Of a stretch of DNA of 62,476 nucleotides, positions 10,927-21,457 are shown in pieces. Every line of letters begins with the position of its first letter. Positions within the stretch are counted from its first letter, which is position 1. The notes under the pieces were generated by a model. It was not told the origin of the DNA, searched no databases, and saw nothing but the letters and a program-made list of their open reading frames with translations. Source of the stretch: an uncultured virus (IMG/VR IMGVR_UViG_3300033076_001192) (Duplodnaviria; Heunggongvirae; Uroviricota; Caudoviricetes); IMG/VR virus record IMGVR_UViG_3300033076_001192. One strand, given 5' to 3'. Both the position numbers and the translations under genes were made by a program.

Positions 10927-11581
10927 TTGGGTTCTGGTCTTCTCTTATTTGTCTTGTAATTCCTAAAACTTGTAAAGTTTGATTAAAAACAGTATCTAAT
11001 AATTTATCTGGGCATTTAAATTCAAAATCCCAATTTGATTTACATTTTGTATCAGAGCAAGAAGAGCATTTACTAATTTCTTCTGTTTTTAAAGTTAAAA
11101 CATTTAAATCTACTGAATATATTTCATGGTCTGGGATGTATAAATGCATATCTGAACCTATATAGATATAAACTTCATCTTTTATTTGATATTGTCTTTT
11201 TTTATTTCTTCTATATTGTGATTCATCAACCAAAATAAATTTATAATTACCATCTAAAGATACTATCTCTTTTATACTAGCTCCCAATCTACTAAAAATT
11301 AATTTAGGTAAAGGTTTTTTAGATTTCATTAAAGTTTTACATAATCTGAATTCTATACTAGGGCAATCTTTTGTATCTATTTTTTTAAATTCAAAACAAG
11401 GGATATAGCTATATAAATTTGTTTCATTTAAAATAGTTCTATCCATCCACTTTTGAGATATAAGTTGAGATGTAGTATCTTGTAATACTTTTAATACAAA
11501 TCTTCTAGAGATATGTTCATCCTTATTATTTAATTTTAAAGTATTTATTACTTTACTAACTATTTCTTTATATGTAGTCAT
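10907..11581 (-). CDS. Tail ring/tubular protein
   Basis: HISRRFVL N-terminus, C...C..MKSKKPLPK, C-terminal DQNPND; synteny. Confidence 0.55.
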   Translation of the reverse strand: MTTYKEIVSKVINTLKLNNKDEHISRRFVLKVLQDTTSQLISQKWMDRTILNETNLYSYIPCFEFKKIDTKDCPSIEFRLCKTLMKSKKPLPKLIFSRLGASIKEIVSLDGNYKFILVDESQYRRNKKRQYQIKDEVYIYIGSDMHLYIPDHEIYSVDLNVLTLKTEEISKCSSCSDTKCKSNWDFEFKCPDKLLDTVFNQTLQVLGITRQIREDQNPNDVAGT

Positions 11582-11598
11582 TATACTAAAATATTTTA

Positions 11599-11638
11599 CA
11601 AAAATAATTCTTTTTTATCTTGTTTCAAAAACTCTAAA
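11599..11638 (-). promoter_or_regulatory. Late promoter (TTTAGAG-extended -33 TTTG / -7 TAnnTTTG)
   Basis: Minus strand TTTAGAGTTTTTG-N19-TATTTTTG upstream of the 11581 start. Confidence 0.6.
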
Positions 11639-11720
11639 AGGAAATGTTATAAAAAAAGAGTGACAGAATTTCTTCTGCCACCCTACCAAGAAAAAACAGG
11701 TAAAACCAAAAACCTGTGTT

Positions 11721-13565
11721 TTATATTATTTCTAATGTATCTAAGTAAGCTGTTCCTGTTCCTGTTTCTGAACCTGTAGCAGTAAAAAAAGAACCAACTG
11801 TACCTAATGATGGAGAGCCTGAAGTAGCTACTTGATACTCTACATCAGCTACTAAATCTACAGCATTTACAACTTTTCTTTTTCTAAATAAATTTCCTTC
11901 TGTTAAACCTCCAGAAACAGCGTTAGCTTTAGAAGTGAAATTTTGTAAAGTTGCAAGTATCTTGCCTCCTATATTATTTAAAAAATTTACTTTTAACTTA
12001 AATTGTAAAGGGTCTATACTTCCACTGTAAAAATAACAATCTATAAAAGTAGAATTATCCCATAGAACAGAAGAAGATTTTGCAATAGATGTGCTTATTA
12101 TCCCATCGTTAAAACAATTATTTAAAAACAACTCTGGTTGAGAAGAACCTGAATTTTCAAAAAGATAGTTACAAGTACCACCTATATTAGAATTTCTTGC
12201 TCTAAATACCGAAGCCCCGCTTAGCTTACAGAAATTATTTAATAATAAACCTGTTTTGTTATAATTAATAAAATTACAATCATTTGCTGATAAAGTAGCA
12301 TCTGAAAATTCATAAGGAACTGTCTGTTCGTTATAACTTACAACTGTATCGTTGAATTGAGTAGTACTATCTGTAAAATATATTTTACTATTTAATCCTG
12401 CTTGTACTATTCTAGTATTATTTGTAACTAAATTTGTTTGTATATCGAAATTTGCTACGTTACCATCGTTAAAAAATCCAGAAGCGTTTGAAGTATTTGC
12501 TTTTATTATTGCTCTTGTAGAAGGACTAGATATATTTGAATCATTAGCAATTGATACAACTCCTTTTCCGATTAAATTTATTCTTTTACCGTTAGAACTA
12601 TTTGTATTTAATGTTGTTCCTGAATTATTAAATCCTTCTTTTTGTAATACTATTGCAGAACCTTCTTCTAGTGTTATTTTTATAGATACTGGTGTTGTAT
12701 TAGAGAAAACTGACATTCCTACAGGTAAAGATGCTGAAGAGTCTAAATCTATTAAAAAATTCCCTGTTGATGGGTTAGAAACTAAAGAAGCTCCTGATTT
12801 TAAAATCATATTTAAACCGCTATAAGCTAAAGAACCTGTGAAGACATTAGTGTCTTTTTGTACAGTTATTATTACACCTGCATTTTGAGGAGATAAGTTT
12901 GTTCCGTTACCTACAAAAGCATTTAAAGCATTTTGCGTATTTTTAAAAGGTTTTTGGATAGTTCCTAATTGCTCAGTTCCTGTATAATCAGAATTTACAA
13001 TAAATTGGGCAATACCTCCTTCGGATGGCAATTCTATTTTAACGTTGTCTGTTGTAGTAGTGACACTTAAAGTATCAGAAACTACTGTCCTAAAATTATG
13101 TTGGGTGTTATTTCCAGTAACTACAGAATTTTTATAAATTTGAGCTCCAGAACCTAAATTATTTAAACTATCTGTTTTTTGATTGTTTTGTATAAAGTTT
13201 GTTAAATTTGTTTCATCCAATCCTATAGATATATCTTCTGTATTTTGAACAATATCTACTAGATTATCTCCTTCTTTTATTTTTCGTATTTTTCTTTTCC
13301 CTACATTATCTATACCACTGTATATTTCTGCTCCTGTACCTGTATTAATAAGATTTATAGATGCATCTAATTGAGATATTTTTTCACATATTGCCTCATC
13401 TAAAAGAACTAATGTTTCAGTTAATGTTTGTCCTGCTTCTATTTCAGTACAAGGCAAGTCTTGTGTAAATACAACACAATCAGATTTTAAGTCCTTTACA
13501 GGGCAGTCACAATTAACTTGAGATGTTTGACTACATGGGTTTATATTTTCGTTACAATTACACAT
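11721..13565 (-). CDS. Tail fibre/spike protein with Cys-rich N-terminus and beta-helix-like body
   Basis: Cys-rich start, two N.G.GA.IY repeats, GTIQKPFKNTQNAL motif, Asn/Ser-rich beta body. Confidence 0.65.
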   Translation of the reverse strand: MCNCNENINPCSQTSQVNCDCPVKDLKSDCVVFTQDLPCTEIEAGQTLTETLVLLDEAICEKISQLDASINLINTGTGAEIYSGIDNVGKRKIRKIKEGDNLVDIVQNTEDISIGLDETNLTNFIQNNQKTDSLNNLGSGAQIYKNSVVTGNNTQHNFRTVVSDTLSVTTTTDNVKIELPSEGGIAQFIVNSDYTGTEQLGTIQKPFKNTQNALNAFVGNGTNLSPQNAGVIITVQKDTNVFTGSLAYSGLNMILKSGASLVSNPSTGNFLIDLDSSASLPVGMSVFSNTTPVSIKITLEEGSAIVLQKEGFNNSGTTLNTNSSNGKRINLIGKGVVSIANDSNISSPSTRAIIKANTSNASGFFNDGNVANFDIQTNLVTNNTRIVQAGLNSKIYFTDSTTQFNDTVVSYNEQTVPYEFSDATLSANDCNFINYNKTGLLLNNFCKLSGASVFRARNSNIGGTCNYLFENSGSSQPELFLNNCFNDGIISTSIAKSSSVLWDNSTFIDCYFYSGSIDPLQFKLKVNFLNNIGGKILATLQNFTSKANAVSGGLTEGNLFRKRKVVNAVDLVADVEYQVATSGSPSLGTVGSFFTATGSETGTGTAYLDTLEII

Positions 13566-13566
13566 A

Positions 13567-13812
13567 TTATGGTTCTAAATTTTGAATTCTTGTTTCGTGG
13601 TCTGCTACTATTCCTTCTAAAACTATTATTCTGTCTCTGGCATCTTTTAAGGATAATAATAATGTCGTAATAATTGTAGATAAATTACTGTTAGATGGTA
13701 ATCCTAAATAAGTTATGGCAGTAGGATGTATTATACATCCTGTATTTTTTGTTTCTCCTTTACACTCATCATTTTGTAAAATTGGTATTTCTATTCCTTG
13801 TTGACATTCCAT
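13567..13812 (-). CDS. Small fibre-associated coiled-coil protein
   Basis: Cys motif plus DHETRIQNLE trimeric coiled-coil tail. Confidence 0.5.
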   Translation of the reverse strand: MECQQGIEIPILQNDECKGETKNTGCIIHPTAITYLGLPSNSNLSTIITTLLLSLKDARDRIIVLEGIVADHETRIQNLEP

Positions 13813-13823
13813 AATTTAAATAT

Positions 13824-14282
13824 TTAATTATATACTCTTATTTCTATTGGTGTGTTTAACAATATACCATTTTCAAATGAATTGTCTGCTAAAACGGTGA
13901 ATAAAGAGATTTCGTTGTTTGAACTTCTACTTATTCCAAATTTTGAATCTGTATCTGGGGATTGAGCTATATTACTTTGAACAGGAAAAAATGTCTTATT
14001 TTCAGTAAAAGCATCTATTAAAGTACCTTTATAACTACCTGTATTTGTATAAGTCCATACTATATTCCCTTTTAATGTGTTTTCTAAAACTTTAGCTACT
14101 GGAGCATTTGTTCCAGATTGTGAAATTAATGCCGTATAAACTTTATATTTTGGTTCGTTTTCTTTTACTAGTTTTCTAAGAGTTTCTGCCAACATTTTAG
14201 GTAAATTCCAGTATCTAGATATTGATATCTTTTCTATTAATTCAGATAAAGAAAAATTTGAGTAGTCTGATAGGTTTTTCAT
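13824..14282 (-). CDS. Structural/fibre protein, paralog of 19296-19781
   Basis: Shared YK.Y.AL..QSGT.AP.A.VLENTL and NTPIEI.VYN motifs. Confidence 0.55.
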   Translation of the reverse strand: MKNLSDYSNFSLSELIEKISISRYWNLPKMLAETLRKLVKENEPKYKVYTALISQSGTNAPVAKVLENTLKGNIVWTYTNTGSYKGTLIDAFTENKTFFPVQSNIAQSPDTDSKFGISRSSNNEISLFTVLADNSFENGILLNTPIEIRVYN

Positions 14283-14283
14283 T

Positions 14284-14715
14284 TTAAGGATTTATTTGTG
14301 TTTGGTCTAATAATAATTGTAACACTTCTGCTAGTGTGGAAGGTTGTTGTCCACAACTGTCTACTAAATCATATAAATTTAAATTACAATCTTCTATATT
14401 TGTATTACAGATAGTTATTGTCTCAAGTTCAGTTATTTTTTGATTAAGCTCACAAATTTTATCCTCGAATTTTTTTAGAACATTTTTAACTTTTATTTTA
14501 TTATCTTCTAACAAATACTCTAAACATCCTTCTCCTAACTGTGATAAGTTAATTCCTTCTAACTGAGTATATATATCCTTTAAAGCTTCATCTACTGAAA
14601 TACAAGAATTTACATCTAAACTAGAATCTTCATTTATATCGTTTTCATAGTCTATACATGTTGCAAAGTTTCTACTTGCACAAGTGTGTTTTATTTTATT
14701 ACAATTTTTACTCAT
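14284..14715 (-). CDS. Cys-rich fibre-associated protein
   Basis: Cys-rich repeats with coiled coil, inside the fibre cluster. Confidence 0.5.
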   Translation of the reverse strand: MSKNCNKIKHTCASRNFATCIDYENDINEDSSLDVNSCISVDEALKDIYTQLEGINLSQLGEGCLEYLLEDNKIKVKNVLKKFEDKICELNQKITELETITICNTNIEDCNLNLYDLVDSCGQQPSTLAEVLQLLLDQTQINP

Positions 14716-14726
14716 TTTTTATATTT

Positions 14727-16190
14727 TTACTCCCAATATCCTCCTAAAGATATTGTAAATGTTATTGCCCCTGTTGTTGTAACCGTCCCTATATTTCTTG
14801 CTACTATATCTACAAATTCTCCTGGTCTTACGCAAATTGGGGTGTCAAAATTAATGTCTATAGCTCCTCCAATTGTACCAACAGCAGCATTAGTTGCATA
14901 AGATTGCATGCCTATTGGCATTATTCTAGGAGCGTGTGTAGTACCTGTTGCAAATGATGCAGATTCTGTAGTCGCTAAAGAAGTATTTGTATGTCCTACT
15001 GCTAATGCAAAAGCATATATTACAGCTCCTCCTGCTAAAACAACTGACACTGCTCCGTTCAACGTAACCCTAGTTATGTATAAGTTTCTACCTGTTAAAT
15101 TAATCGTTGGTGTTGGATTTTGATAGGTAATTAGTTTACCATCTGAGTTAGCAGCTAAAGTAGGTAGTACTGCTACTATACCTCCTAACCCAGTAAAAGC
15201 CGCTGTTGTGTTTGTCAAAGCTACTGCGGTAGGAGCTGTATTATTAGTCCATAAAGTAGTTTTACCTTGTGTGTGACCGTTTTGACCAAGTAAACAGTGT
15301 TGACCCATTCCTGCCATTTGATGAGACCAAGGTTTATTTGAAGCAATGTCCATTAAAGATACTGTTATATCTGTCAATCTTATGATAGAAGAGTTAGACA
15401 CGTTTCCAGTATTATATCTTTGTGTAAATACTGGTAAAGAGCTTGCCATAAAAGGTTGTCCATTAGCGGTTGGGATATTTAAGTGACCTTGGAAAATATC
15501 GTTTACCCAAAACTCTATCTCTTTCTCTCCTATAACAGCAACGTATGAAGCTGTTTCTCCTAAAACAGGGGCGTAATTAAAAATACCAGTTTGAGTAATT
15601 ACTCCGTTATAAGATATTTCTCCTAGTAGTCCTGCATTTGTTATCTTAAACCATACTCCATCTGTAGGTGGTGTATTAGCGGTAGTTGGTGCTCCCAAAC
15701 CAGTAATAAATATCTCACCAGCGGATAAAGCAGATGTAAAAATACCACCTGTAAACTCTACTGCTAATGGTGCAGTACCCATAAGTGGAAAATATTGAAA
15801 ACTTCTTAAAAAACAACCATGAGCTGAAGTAGTACCTTGTACAGTTCCAAGTTGTAAATATCCATTTCCAGGTTGTGATGCAGTCATAGTAGAAAAGGTG
15901 TATGACCACAAATTAGTATTTTGAACAGATGCATTAAAAGTATCTGTAAATAAAACAGTATCTATTCCTACTCTTTGTCTAAAATCTGTAGAAGTTTCCG
16001 TTGATTTTAAATAAGCTGTTCCTGTAGCTGTTCCTGGGTCGTTTTCCGAAAACATTCTCACTGCTCCTACATAAGGACTTTCATCTACATTTAAGGGTGT
16101 TGTAACTTGTGGTAATGCTACTTTCAAGTTGTGATTTGAATCTACATTAGCTATACCTGCTGAACTGTTCCCTCCGTGTATATTTGGCAT
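14727..16190 (-). CDS. Tail/head fibre protein, lectin-like beta-rich
   Basis: Thr/Gly/Ala-rich beta-strand composition; fibre cluster. Confidence 0.5.
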   Translation of the reverse strand: MPNIHGGNSSAGIANVDSNHNLKVALPQVTTPLNVDESPYVGAVRMFSENDPGTATGTAYLKSTETSTDFRQRVGIDTVLFTDTFNASVQNTNLWSYTFSTMTASQPGNGYLQLGTVQGTTSAHGCFLRSFQYFPLMGTAPLAVEFTGGIFTSALSAGEIFITGLGAPTTANTPPTDGVWFKITNAGLLGEISYNGVITQTGIFNYAPVLGETASYVAVIGEKEIEFWVNDIFQGHLNIPTANGQPFMASSLPVFTQRYNTGNVSNSSIIRLTDITVSLMDIASNKPWSHQMAGMGQHCLLGQNGHTQGKTTLWTNNTAPTAVALTNTTAAFTGLGGIVAVLPTLAANSDGKLITYQNPTPTINLTGRNLYITRVTLNGAVSVVLAGGAVIYAFALAVGHTNTSLATTESASFATGTTHAPRIMPIGMQSYATNAAVGTIGGAIDINFDTPICVRPGEFVDIVARNIGTVTTTGAITFTISLGGYWE

Positions 16191-16196
16191 ATTTTG

Positions 16197-17246
16197 TTAA
16201 TTTAATATTTGATAGTATATTTTTCTTTTTCCGTTTATCGAAAATGGTGCATTAACATATAATGTCATACTTCCTGTATTTGCTTTTGCAGAAAATATTG
16301 CTCCATCTACTTCCCAATCATTACCTACTTGTCCTGTTGCATTGTTAGGACTAGGGTGACAAACTATTATATTGTCTGAAGTAATATTGCTATCTGTTAT
16401 CGTAAACGTTTTATTATTTAAAGGTTTTGTTCCAAAATCTATTTCTATCTCTGTAATCGTTGGAGATACTTTTAATAAATCTTTTAAATTAGCATGTTTC
16501 CAAGTGTTTGTGGAAGTATCTCTATACAGTAATCCTTTATCTATATAGGTTGGCATAGATACATCATGTAATTCTTCTAATTCATATCCATTATCTACTT
16601 TTACAAATATTTTTCCGTGGACTCCGTGAGAGTATTCCACATATCCTACTACAACTGTATGATTTGGAGCTGTAGGTTTTATATTTGTTAATTTTCCTGG
16701 TGTTGTTGGAGAAAGATATAAAATATCTCCATCATTCCAAGTCTCTCCTTGTAAACTACCTGTAGTATTTATTTCTCTGACTTGCCCTCCTGTAGTTATA
16801 AAACCTTCTTGATTATTTAATATGGTTTCTGTAACTACCCCTAATGTGGTAGCAGAGTTTAAATCACTATCTGCTTGTGCTAAATCTACCGATAACCTTT
16901 GCCCTGTAGCACCTACTATTTTAACAACTTGATAGTTTTGTTCTAATAATGTTATATTTGTGATTGTTTTATTTACAACTCTTGCTAATTGTTCTTGTCC
17001 AAGTTGTAAAGTAACATTGCCTCCTTTTAAACCTAAATCTAAAGTTCCATCTACATTATTCCATCTCATTTTACCTACACCAAAAGTACTTGTAGGTGTT
17101 TGGTCAAACTCTAATTGTCCTAATTTTAATTGATATTCCCCTAAATCAACATCAGATGTTGCTCCTGTGTAAGGAACTCCTGAAACTGATATTTCTTTAG
17201 CGGTTTGTGTTCCATCATCGTTTAAAACAATTACTTTATCTGGCAT
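16197..17246 (-). CDS. Fibre protein
   Basis: VPYTGATSDVDLG, GDILYLSPTTPGKLT and ELEELHDV motifs common in phage fibre proteins. Confidence 0.55.
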   Translation of the reverse strand: MPDKVIVLNDDGTQTAKEISVSGVPYTGATSDVDLGEYQLKLGQLEFDQTPTSTFGVGKMRWNNVDGTLDLGLKGGNVTLQLGQEQLARVVNKTITNITLLEQNYQVVKIVGATGQRLSVDLAQADSDLNSATTLGVVTETILNNQEGFITTGGQVREINTTGSLQGETWNDGDILYLSPTTPGKLTNIKPTAPNHTVVVGYVEYSHGVHGKIFVKVDNGYELEELHDVSMPTYIDKGLLYRDTSTNTWKHANLKDLLKVSPTITEIEIDFGTKPLNNKTFTITDSNITSDNIIVCHPSPNNATGQVGNDWEVDGAIFSAKANTGSMTLYVNAPFSINGKRKIYYQILN

Positions 17247-17248
17247 TT

Positions 17249-17758
17249 TTAAGCTCTGATTACTGGTTCTTGTATATTTACTCTAAGAGATGTAGAAGAT
17301 GTTGCAAAACCAACTTCTTGTACAATATGTCCTGTTGTTGTTGTAGGTGTAGTTGTAATACCTCCTGGAGTTGAATGGTCTAAATAATAAGTAGCACCTG
17401 CTGTTAATCCTGTTTTTCCTGTATTAGTGTCATCAAAAAATACTGTAGCTGTAGCACCGTTTGAAACTGAAGAGTTTACATAACCTCTAGCTTGTTTAGC
17501 TATGGCTGTTGCATCTGCTTTTAACACTGTACCTGTTCCACTAAAATATACCATATCTCCTGCCGACAAAGCTTCTCCTGCTGTTGCTGATACAGCATCT
17601 TGTCCAAATCCAGTTGGCATAAAAGTTACATCTAGTTTTCCATTAGAGTCCAATCTAGGGATTTCATCAGCAGAACTTGAGCCAGCAGAACTATTTATTC
17701 CAGAATATTCTTGTTGTGTTCCGTTTGTATTTAAATTTATTAATCTTTTTACTGCCAT
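17249..17758 (-). CDS. Fibre/cement-like protein
   Basis: AGEALSAGDMVY and GLTAGATYYL beta-clip motifs. Confidence 0.5.
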   Translation of the reverse strand: MAVKRLINLNTNGTQQEYSGINSSAGSSSADEIPRLDSNGKLDVTFMPTGFGQDAVSATAGEALSAGDMVYFSGTGTVLKADATAIAKQARGYVNSSVSNGATATVFFDDTNTGKTGLTAGATYYLDHSTPGGITTTPTTTTGHIVQEVGFATSSTSLRVNIQEPVIRA

Positions 17759-17762
17759 TAGT

Positions 17763-18410
17763 TTATCTATTTATCGTGGAATAATCTTTTATTATTTGTA
17801 ATGTATTTGATGTGGTGGCATATCCTACAACCTTAGTAAAACCATTTGATAAATTTTCTGTTTGGATACTTCCTGCATTTCCTGCTAAATATTGTGTATT
17901 TTCAGTAAGTCCCCAACCATTCAAAGTCAGTTCTCCAATTTGTTGTATTTTACAAATTTGTCCTTGTGTTGTACCATTTACAGAAAAACCTACAAAAGCA
18001 AATTGATGTTGTGGGTTTAAATTGCTTAATTTATAAGCTAAATTATTAATTATAGCCACTGGAGTATGACTAGGTATATTTTCTCCGCTTTCTTTTTCTA
18101 AATAAGATATATATCCAGAATCGTTTGTTAATTCTGATATATTATCTCCTGATTGTAAAGAACTGTTTATTATTGTTAATAACTGAGAACTTATATTTAT
18201 CTGAAGCCCAGTTAATGTATTACTAACTATTATATTACCATCTGTATTTGATAAAGATAGGTTTTTTACAGAATAAGGTAGTCCATTTATATCAGTTACA
18301 TATAATTCAACTTGTGTTTCATTATCTTTTTTTAAAGCGATTATTGAATCTGGCTTTAAATTAACAAGTGTTTTCTTCTTATATACTCTTAATTCTTTAT
18401 CTTCTACCAT
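17763..18410 (-). CDS. Fibre/cement-like structural protein
   Basis: ISELTNDSGYI repeat; C-terminal domain resembles the neighbour (GENIPSHTPV, WGLTENTQYL, VGYATTSNTL). Confidence 0.45.
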   Translation of the reverse strand: MVEDKELRVYKKKTLVNLKPDSIIALKKDNETQVELYVTDINGLPYSVKNLSLSNTDGNIIVSNTLTGLQINISSQLLTIINSSLQSGDNISELTNDSGYISYLEKESGENIPSHTPVAIINNLAYKLSNLNPQHQFAFVGFSVNGTTQGQICKIQQIGELTLNGWGLTENTQYLAGNAGSIQTENLSNGFTKVVGYATTSNTLQIIKDYSTINR

Positions 18411-18760
18411 TCTACACTATCCCAAGTTTTATCTAAATTATAATAATAATTATTAGTTACGTAGATATTATTGTCTTCTATTACTTCTATAAAATCATTT
18501 TTCTTTTTGATTTTTGTTTTTTGCAGTTTACCTTTTATTTTCTTATCTATCCAATTAGATAAAGTACAGTCTTCTGTACATAAAGTCTCCTCAAAAAGTT
18601 GGGCATGTTTGAATTTTAAAATACTTCTTTTTTCTCCAATTTTAAAATGCTCGTTTACATATTTTAAATCTGCTTGATTTAAAAGTGTATTTATAGCTTT
18701 TTGGTATAAAGTTTCTTTACTGTATTTATCTAATTGTTGTTGTCCAGCCATTATAAACAA
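18404..18760 (-). CDS. Putative tail hub/structural protein
   Basis: ORF track; synteny only. Confidence 0.35.
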   Translation of the reverse strand: MFIMAGQQQLDKYSKETLYQKAINTLLNQADLKYVNEHFKIGEKRSILKFKHAQLFEETLCTEDCTLSNWIDKKIKGKLQKTKIKKKNDFIEVIEDNNIYVTNNYYYNLDKTWDSVEW

Positions 18761-19296
18761 TCTTTACATTCTACATACTCATTCAGCATTTTTCTAGCTT
18801 CTTCAAAAAATCTACTTGCTTTTACAAAATCTCCTAGTTTAGCATGTGCCTTAGCTACTGTTAATATACCTTTAATCTCCATCATAAAATCTAAGAATAG
18901 TTTATCTTCTTTAGAATACTCAAATCCGTGTTTTACCAACACTTTATCAAACTCTAATTCAAATAAATCTGTTTTTAAATAAAATTTTATGTTTTCGATA
19001 TCTTGATAAGAAGATTTTACATTTATAGTGTATATACCGTCTGGTAAATCAACATATACTTCTTCTTTGCAATCTCCAGATAGGCAACTTAATCCTAGAT
19101 TATGAGAATTAAAAACATTTAAATTGTGTTTTTTAAATGTAAAATTTTTAGTTTTTTTTGAACCTGGAATAGTAATTAAAATATAAGATGGTTTATTTTC
19201 TGCATATACCCAATCAGACATATCTCCTACTAATAATCTTTTAGTAGAATGCGAAAATATATCAAACTCTATATTAATATTTCCTATTTGTTCCAT
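18751..19296 (-). CDS. Putative tail hub protein
   Basis: DLPDGIYTI motif and terminal C..C, in the crassvirus hub position. Confidence 0.45.
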   Translation of the reverse strand: MEQIGNINIEFDIFSHSTKRLLVGDMSDWVYAENKPSYILITIPGSKKTKNFTFKKHNLNVFNSHNLGLSCLSGDCKEEVYVDLPDGIYTINVKSSYQDIENIKFYLKTDLFELEFDKVLVKHGFEYSKEDKLFLDFMMEIKGILTVAKAHAKLGDFVKASRFFEEARKMLNEYVECKDCL

Positions 19297-19781
19297 TAGT
19301 TATATACAATTATTTCTATTGGGGTATTATCCAATAATCCGTCTTTTGCAGTAGGCGGAGTATAAGTACTACTGATATAAGTAGGTTCTTCTTCTGATAA
19401 AATTCTAATAGTGTCGTTGTTTAACTTTTCTAATGACATCATATAACCATATATACTATTATACTCACTTTTTAAAAAAGTTTTGTTTGGTAAAAATTTA
19501 GTTATAGCTGAAATAGTATACTCTCCATCACCGACTCTTGAAAAAACTGGTGTAACACCTAATGTATTTTCCAAAACTACTGCTGTTGGTGCGTCTGTAC
19601 CTGATTGGGTTAATAGTGCTCTGTAAATTTTGTAAGGTAGGGTATATGAAGGTGCTTCTTCTATTACTTCTACTCTGTCTGAAATACTATTTAATGAATT
19701 TAATAAATCTTTTAAAATATCTTTTAATTTATTTATCTCATTCCACCATGTAAGTTTTGTTATTTTTTCAATTATTGTCAT
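19296..19781 (-). CDS. Structural protein, paralog of 13824-14282
   Basis: Shared motifs with 13824-14282. Confidence 0.55.
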   Translation of the reverse strand: MTIIEKITKLTWWNEINKLKDILKDLLNSLNSISDRVEVIEEAPSYTLPYKIYRALLTQSGTDAPTAVVLENTLGVTPVFSRVGDGEYTISAITKFLPNKTFLKSEYNSIYGYMMSLEKLNNDTIRILSEEEPTYISSTYTPPTAKDGLLDNTPIEIIVYN

Positions 19782-19783
19782 AT

Positions 19784-20377
19784 TTAGAATATTTTTTTAT
19801 ATTTTTCAATTAATTCTTTTCTTTCTTTTAGTCCATTAAAGCCTCCGTTTATTTCTTTAGTTGAACCTTCTATATCATTATTGTCTGCAAAACTATTTAA
19901 ACCGTGTTTTTTCCAAAACCATATAGCAGCAACAATAGCATTAGCTTCTTCGTTTAATAAGTCGGGGTTGTTTAAAAAATCTATTTTTGTATCTTCGCTT
20001 AACTCTTTATAATTTTCTTTAAAAGTAATACCTATGTAACCTCCAGCTCTATATTTCCAACCGTCTCCTGACTCTTCCGAACCATTGCCATATCTGTTTG
20101 CATAAACAAAATTTGCTATTTTTCTAGGATTACCTGCTATTTCTAATATTTTTTTCTTTTCGTTATCGTCCAGCCAACCGTCTTTATTTCTATCAAATCT
20201 TTTTTTAAATACTTCTATTAATCTTTTTACAGAGTAATTCATATTTTCCCTTTCAAGTTTAAATCCCCCTGATTCATGGTCTGTATGTCCAAAGAAAAAA
20301 GAAAGTCTGTTTTTGGTATTAATATCTGCTTTATCTAAAATAGTTTTATATTTTTTTCTTAACTCAAGAGCCTTCAT
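19784..20377 (-). CDS. Endolysin, glycoside hydrolase family 19
   Basis: HESGGF, YANRYGNG, GDGWKYRAGGYIGIT, AAIWFW, INGGFNGLKER. Confidence 0.9.
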   Translation of the reverse strand: MKALELRKKYKTILDKADINTKNRLSFFFGHTDHESGGFKLERENMNYSVKRLIEVFKKRFDRNKDGWLDDNEKKKILEIAGNPRKIANFVYANRYGNGSEESGDGWKYRAGGYIGITFKENYKELSEDTKIDFLNNPDLLNEEANAIVAAIWFWKKHGLNSFADNNDIEGSTKEINGGFNGLKERKELIEKYKKIF

Positions 20378-20594
20378 CTTCTTTTTTTAATAAGTTTTTT
20401 TGCCAAACTGTCATTCCTATCATTGATGCACTATATCCTATCAAAGCCATCATAACAAACTCTAATACTGTAAATTTTGGAAACCATATAGGTAAAAAAG
20501 CATATAAAATAGATACATTTAAAATGTATAAAGCTGTAACCCTTTTAAAAGAGTATTTTCCGTTTACTTTTAATAAGTCATTTATTATTTTCAT
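20364..20594 (-). CDS. Putative holin (2 TM helices)
   Basis: 76 aa, SFKR followed by two hydrophobic segments, directly upstream of the endolysin. Confidence 0.55.
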   Translation of the reverse strand: MKIINDLLKVNGKYSFKRVTALYILNVSILYAFLPIWFPKFTVLEFVMMALIGYSASMIGMTVWQKNLLKKEDEGS

Positions 20595-20679
20595 AATTAT
20601 ATTAAATATATCTTGCCTAATTTATTTCTACAGATTGTTAAGTATAAACTTTTGTAACTATAATATAATTTTGTAAGTA

Positions 20680-21108
20680 TTAGTTTGTTTTTTTATACTT
20701 TTCAAAATCTAATTTTAACTTTTCATAAAGTTTCATTAATTCTGCATATTTTTTGCCAGTGTCTTCGTTTTGGTTAAGAAGAATATCATACTTTTTATTT
20801 AAATCTATATGTTTTTTCTCTAACTCACTATATAATTTCTGCCAGTTAGCTGTGATTTCTATTTCTTTTGCGTAAGAGAGTTGTAAATCTATAAATTGTC
20901 CTTGTAGTTTATCTACTTGCTCAACTAACCTTTCGTACTGTTTTTTATAGTGTTCTAGAAATAAATCATAAGTTTGTTGCATTGAACTTATTGCATCACT
21001 TTGTTGTTTTTTTTCTAAAAATCTTGCGGATTTTCTCCCAATAATAAAAGATGCTATTCCACTTGCTGTTATCGTTATCTCTCTCCAATATTCTATTATA
21101 CTTGTCAT
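20680..21108 (-). CDS. Membrane-anchored coiled-coil protein (holin/antiholin-like)
   Basis: N-terminal hydrophobic segment plus long coiled coil in the lysis cassette. Confidence 0.45.
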   Translation of the reverse strand: MTSIIEYWREITITASGIASFIIGRKSARFLEKKQQSDAISSMQQTYDLFLEHYKKQYERLVEQVDKLQGQFIDLQLSYAKEIEITANWQKLYSELEKKHIDLNKKYDILLNQNEDTGKKYAELMKLYEKLKLDFEKYKKTN

Positions 21109-21457
21109 TCTTTAAATACCAAATAAAAGGGATTATTACTATTAATAAAGCTTCTCCTAATTTCAACTTTCCTGGTTCTAAAAAAAGCTCTTTTATTAAA
21201 TTAGCAACTGCCAATTCATATATTAAAAATTTAATGAAGCTTTTTTTATCATCTAATCTTATTTTGTAAGATAGTAATAATATAAATAAGGCTACTCCTA
21301 AATAAAAAATTCTAAAACCAGTTGCTTCTTTTATATATCCCCAAAAAGAATAAGTTATTAAACTAATAATAAAAGCTATCCATAAAACATATTTATCGAA
21401 TATCTTTTTAGTGTTTAATATAAAATTAATAAGTGTTATTTTAATTTTATCTATCAT
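20996..21457 (-). CDS. Multi-pass membrane protein
   Basis: Three to four hydrophobic segments. Confidence 0.5.
   Translation of the reverse strand: MIDKIKITLINFILNTKKIFDKYVLWIAFIISLITYSFWGYIKEATGFRIFYLGVALFILLLSYKIRLDDKKSFIKFLIYELAVANLIKELFLEPGKLKLGEALLIVIIPFIWYLKNDKYNRILERDNDNSKWNSIFYYWEKIRKIFRKKTTK

Noticed and set aside
11721..19781. Diversity-generating retroelement or invertible fibre cassette
   Set aside because: No reverse transcriptase or recombinase in the window, and no near-identical template/variable repeat pair was seen.
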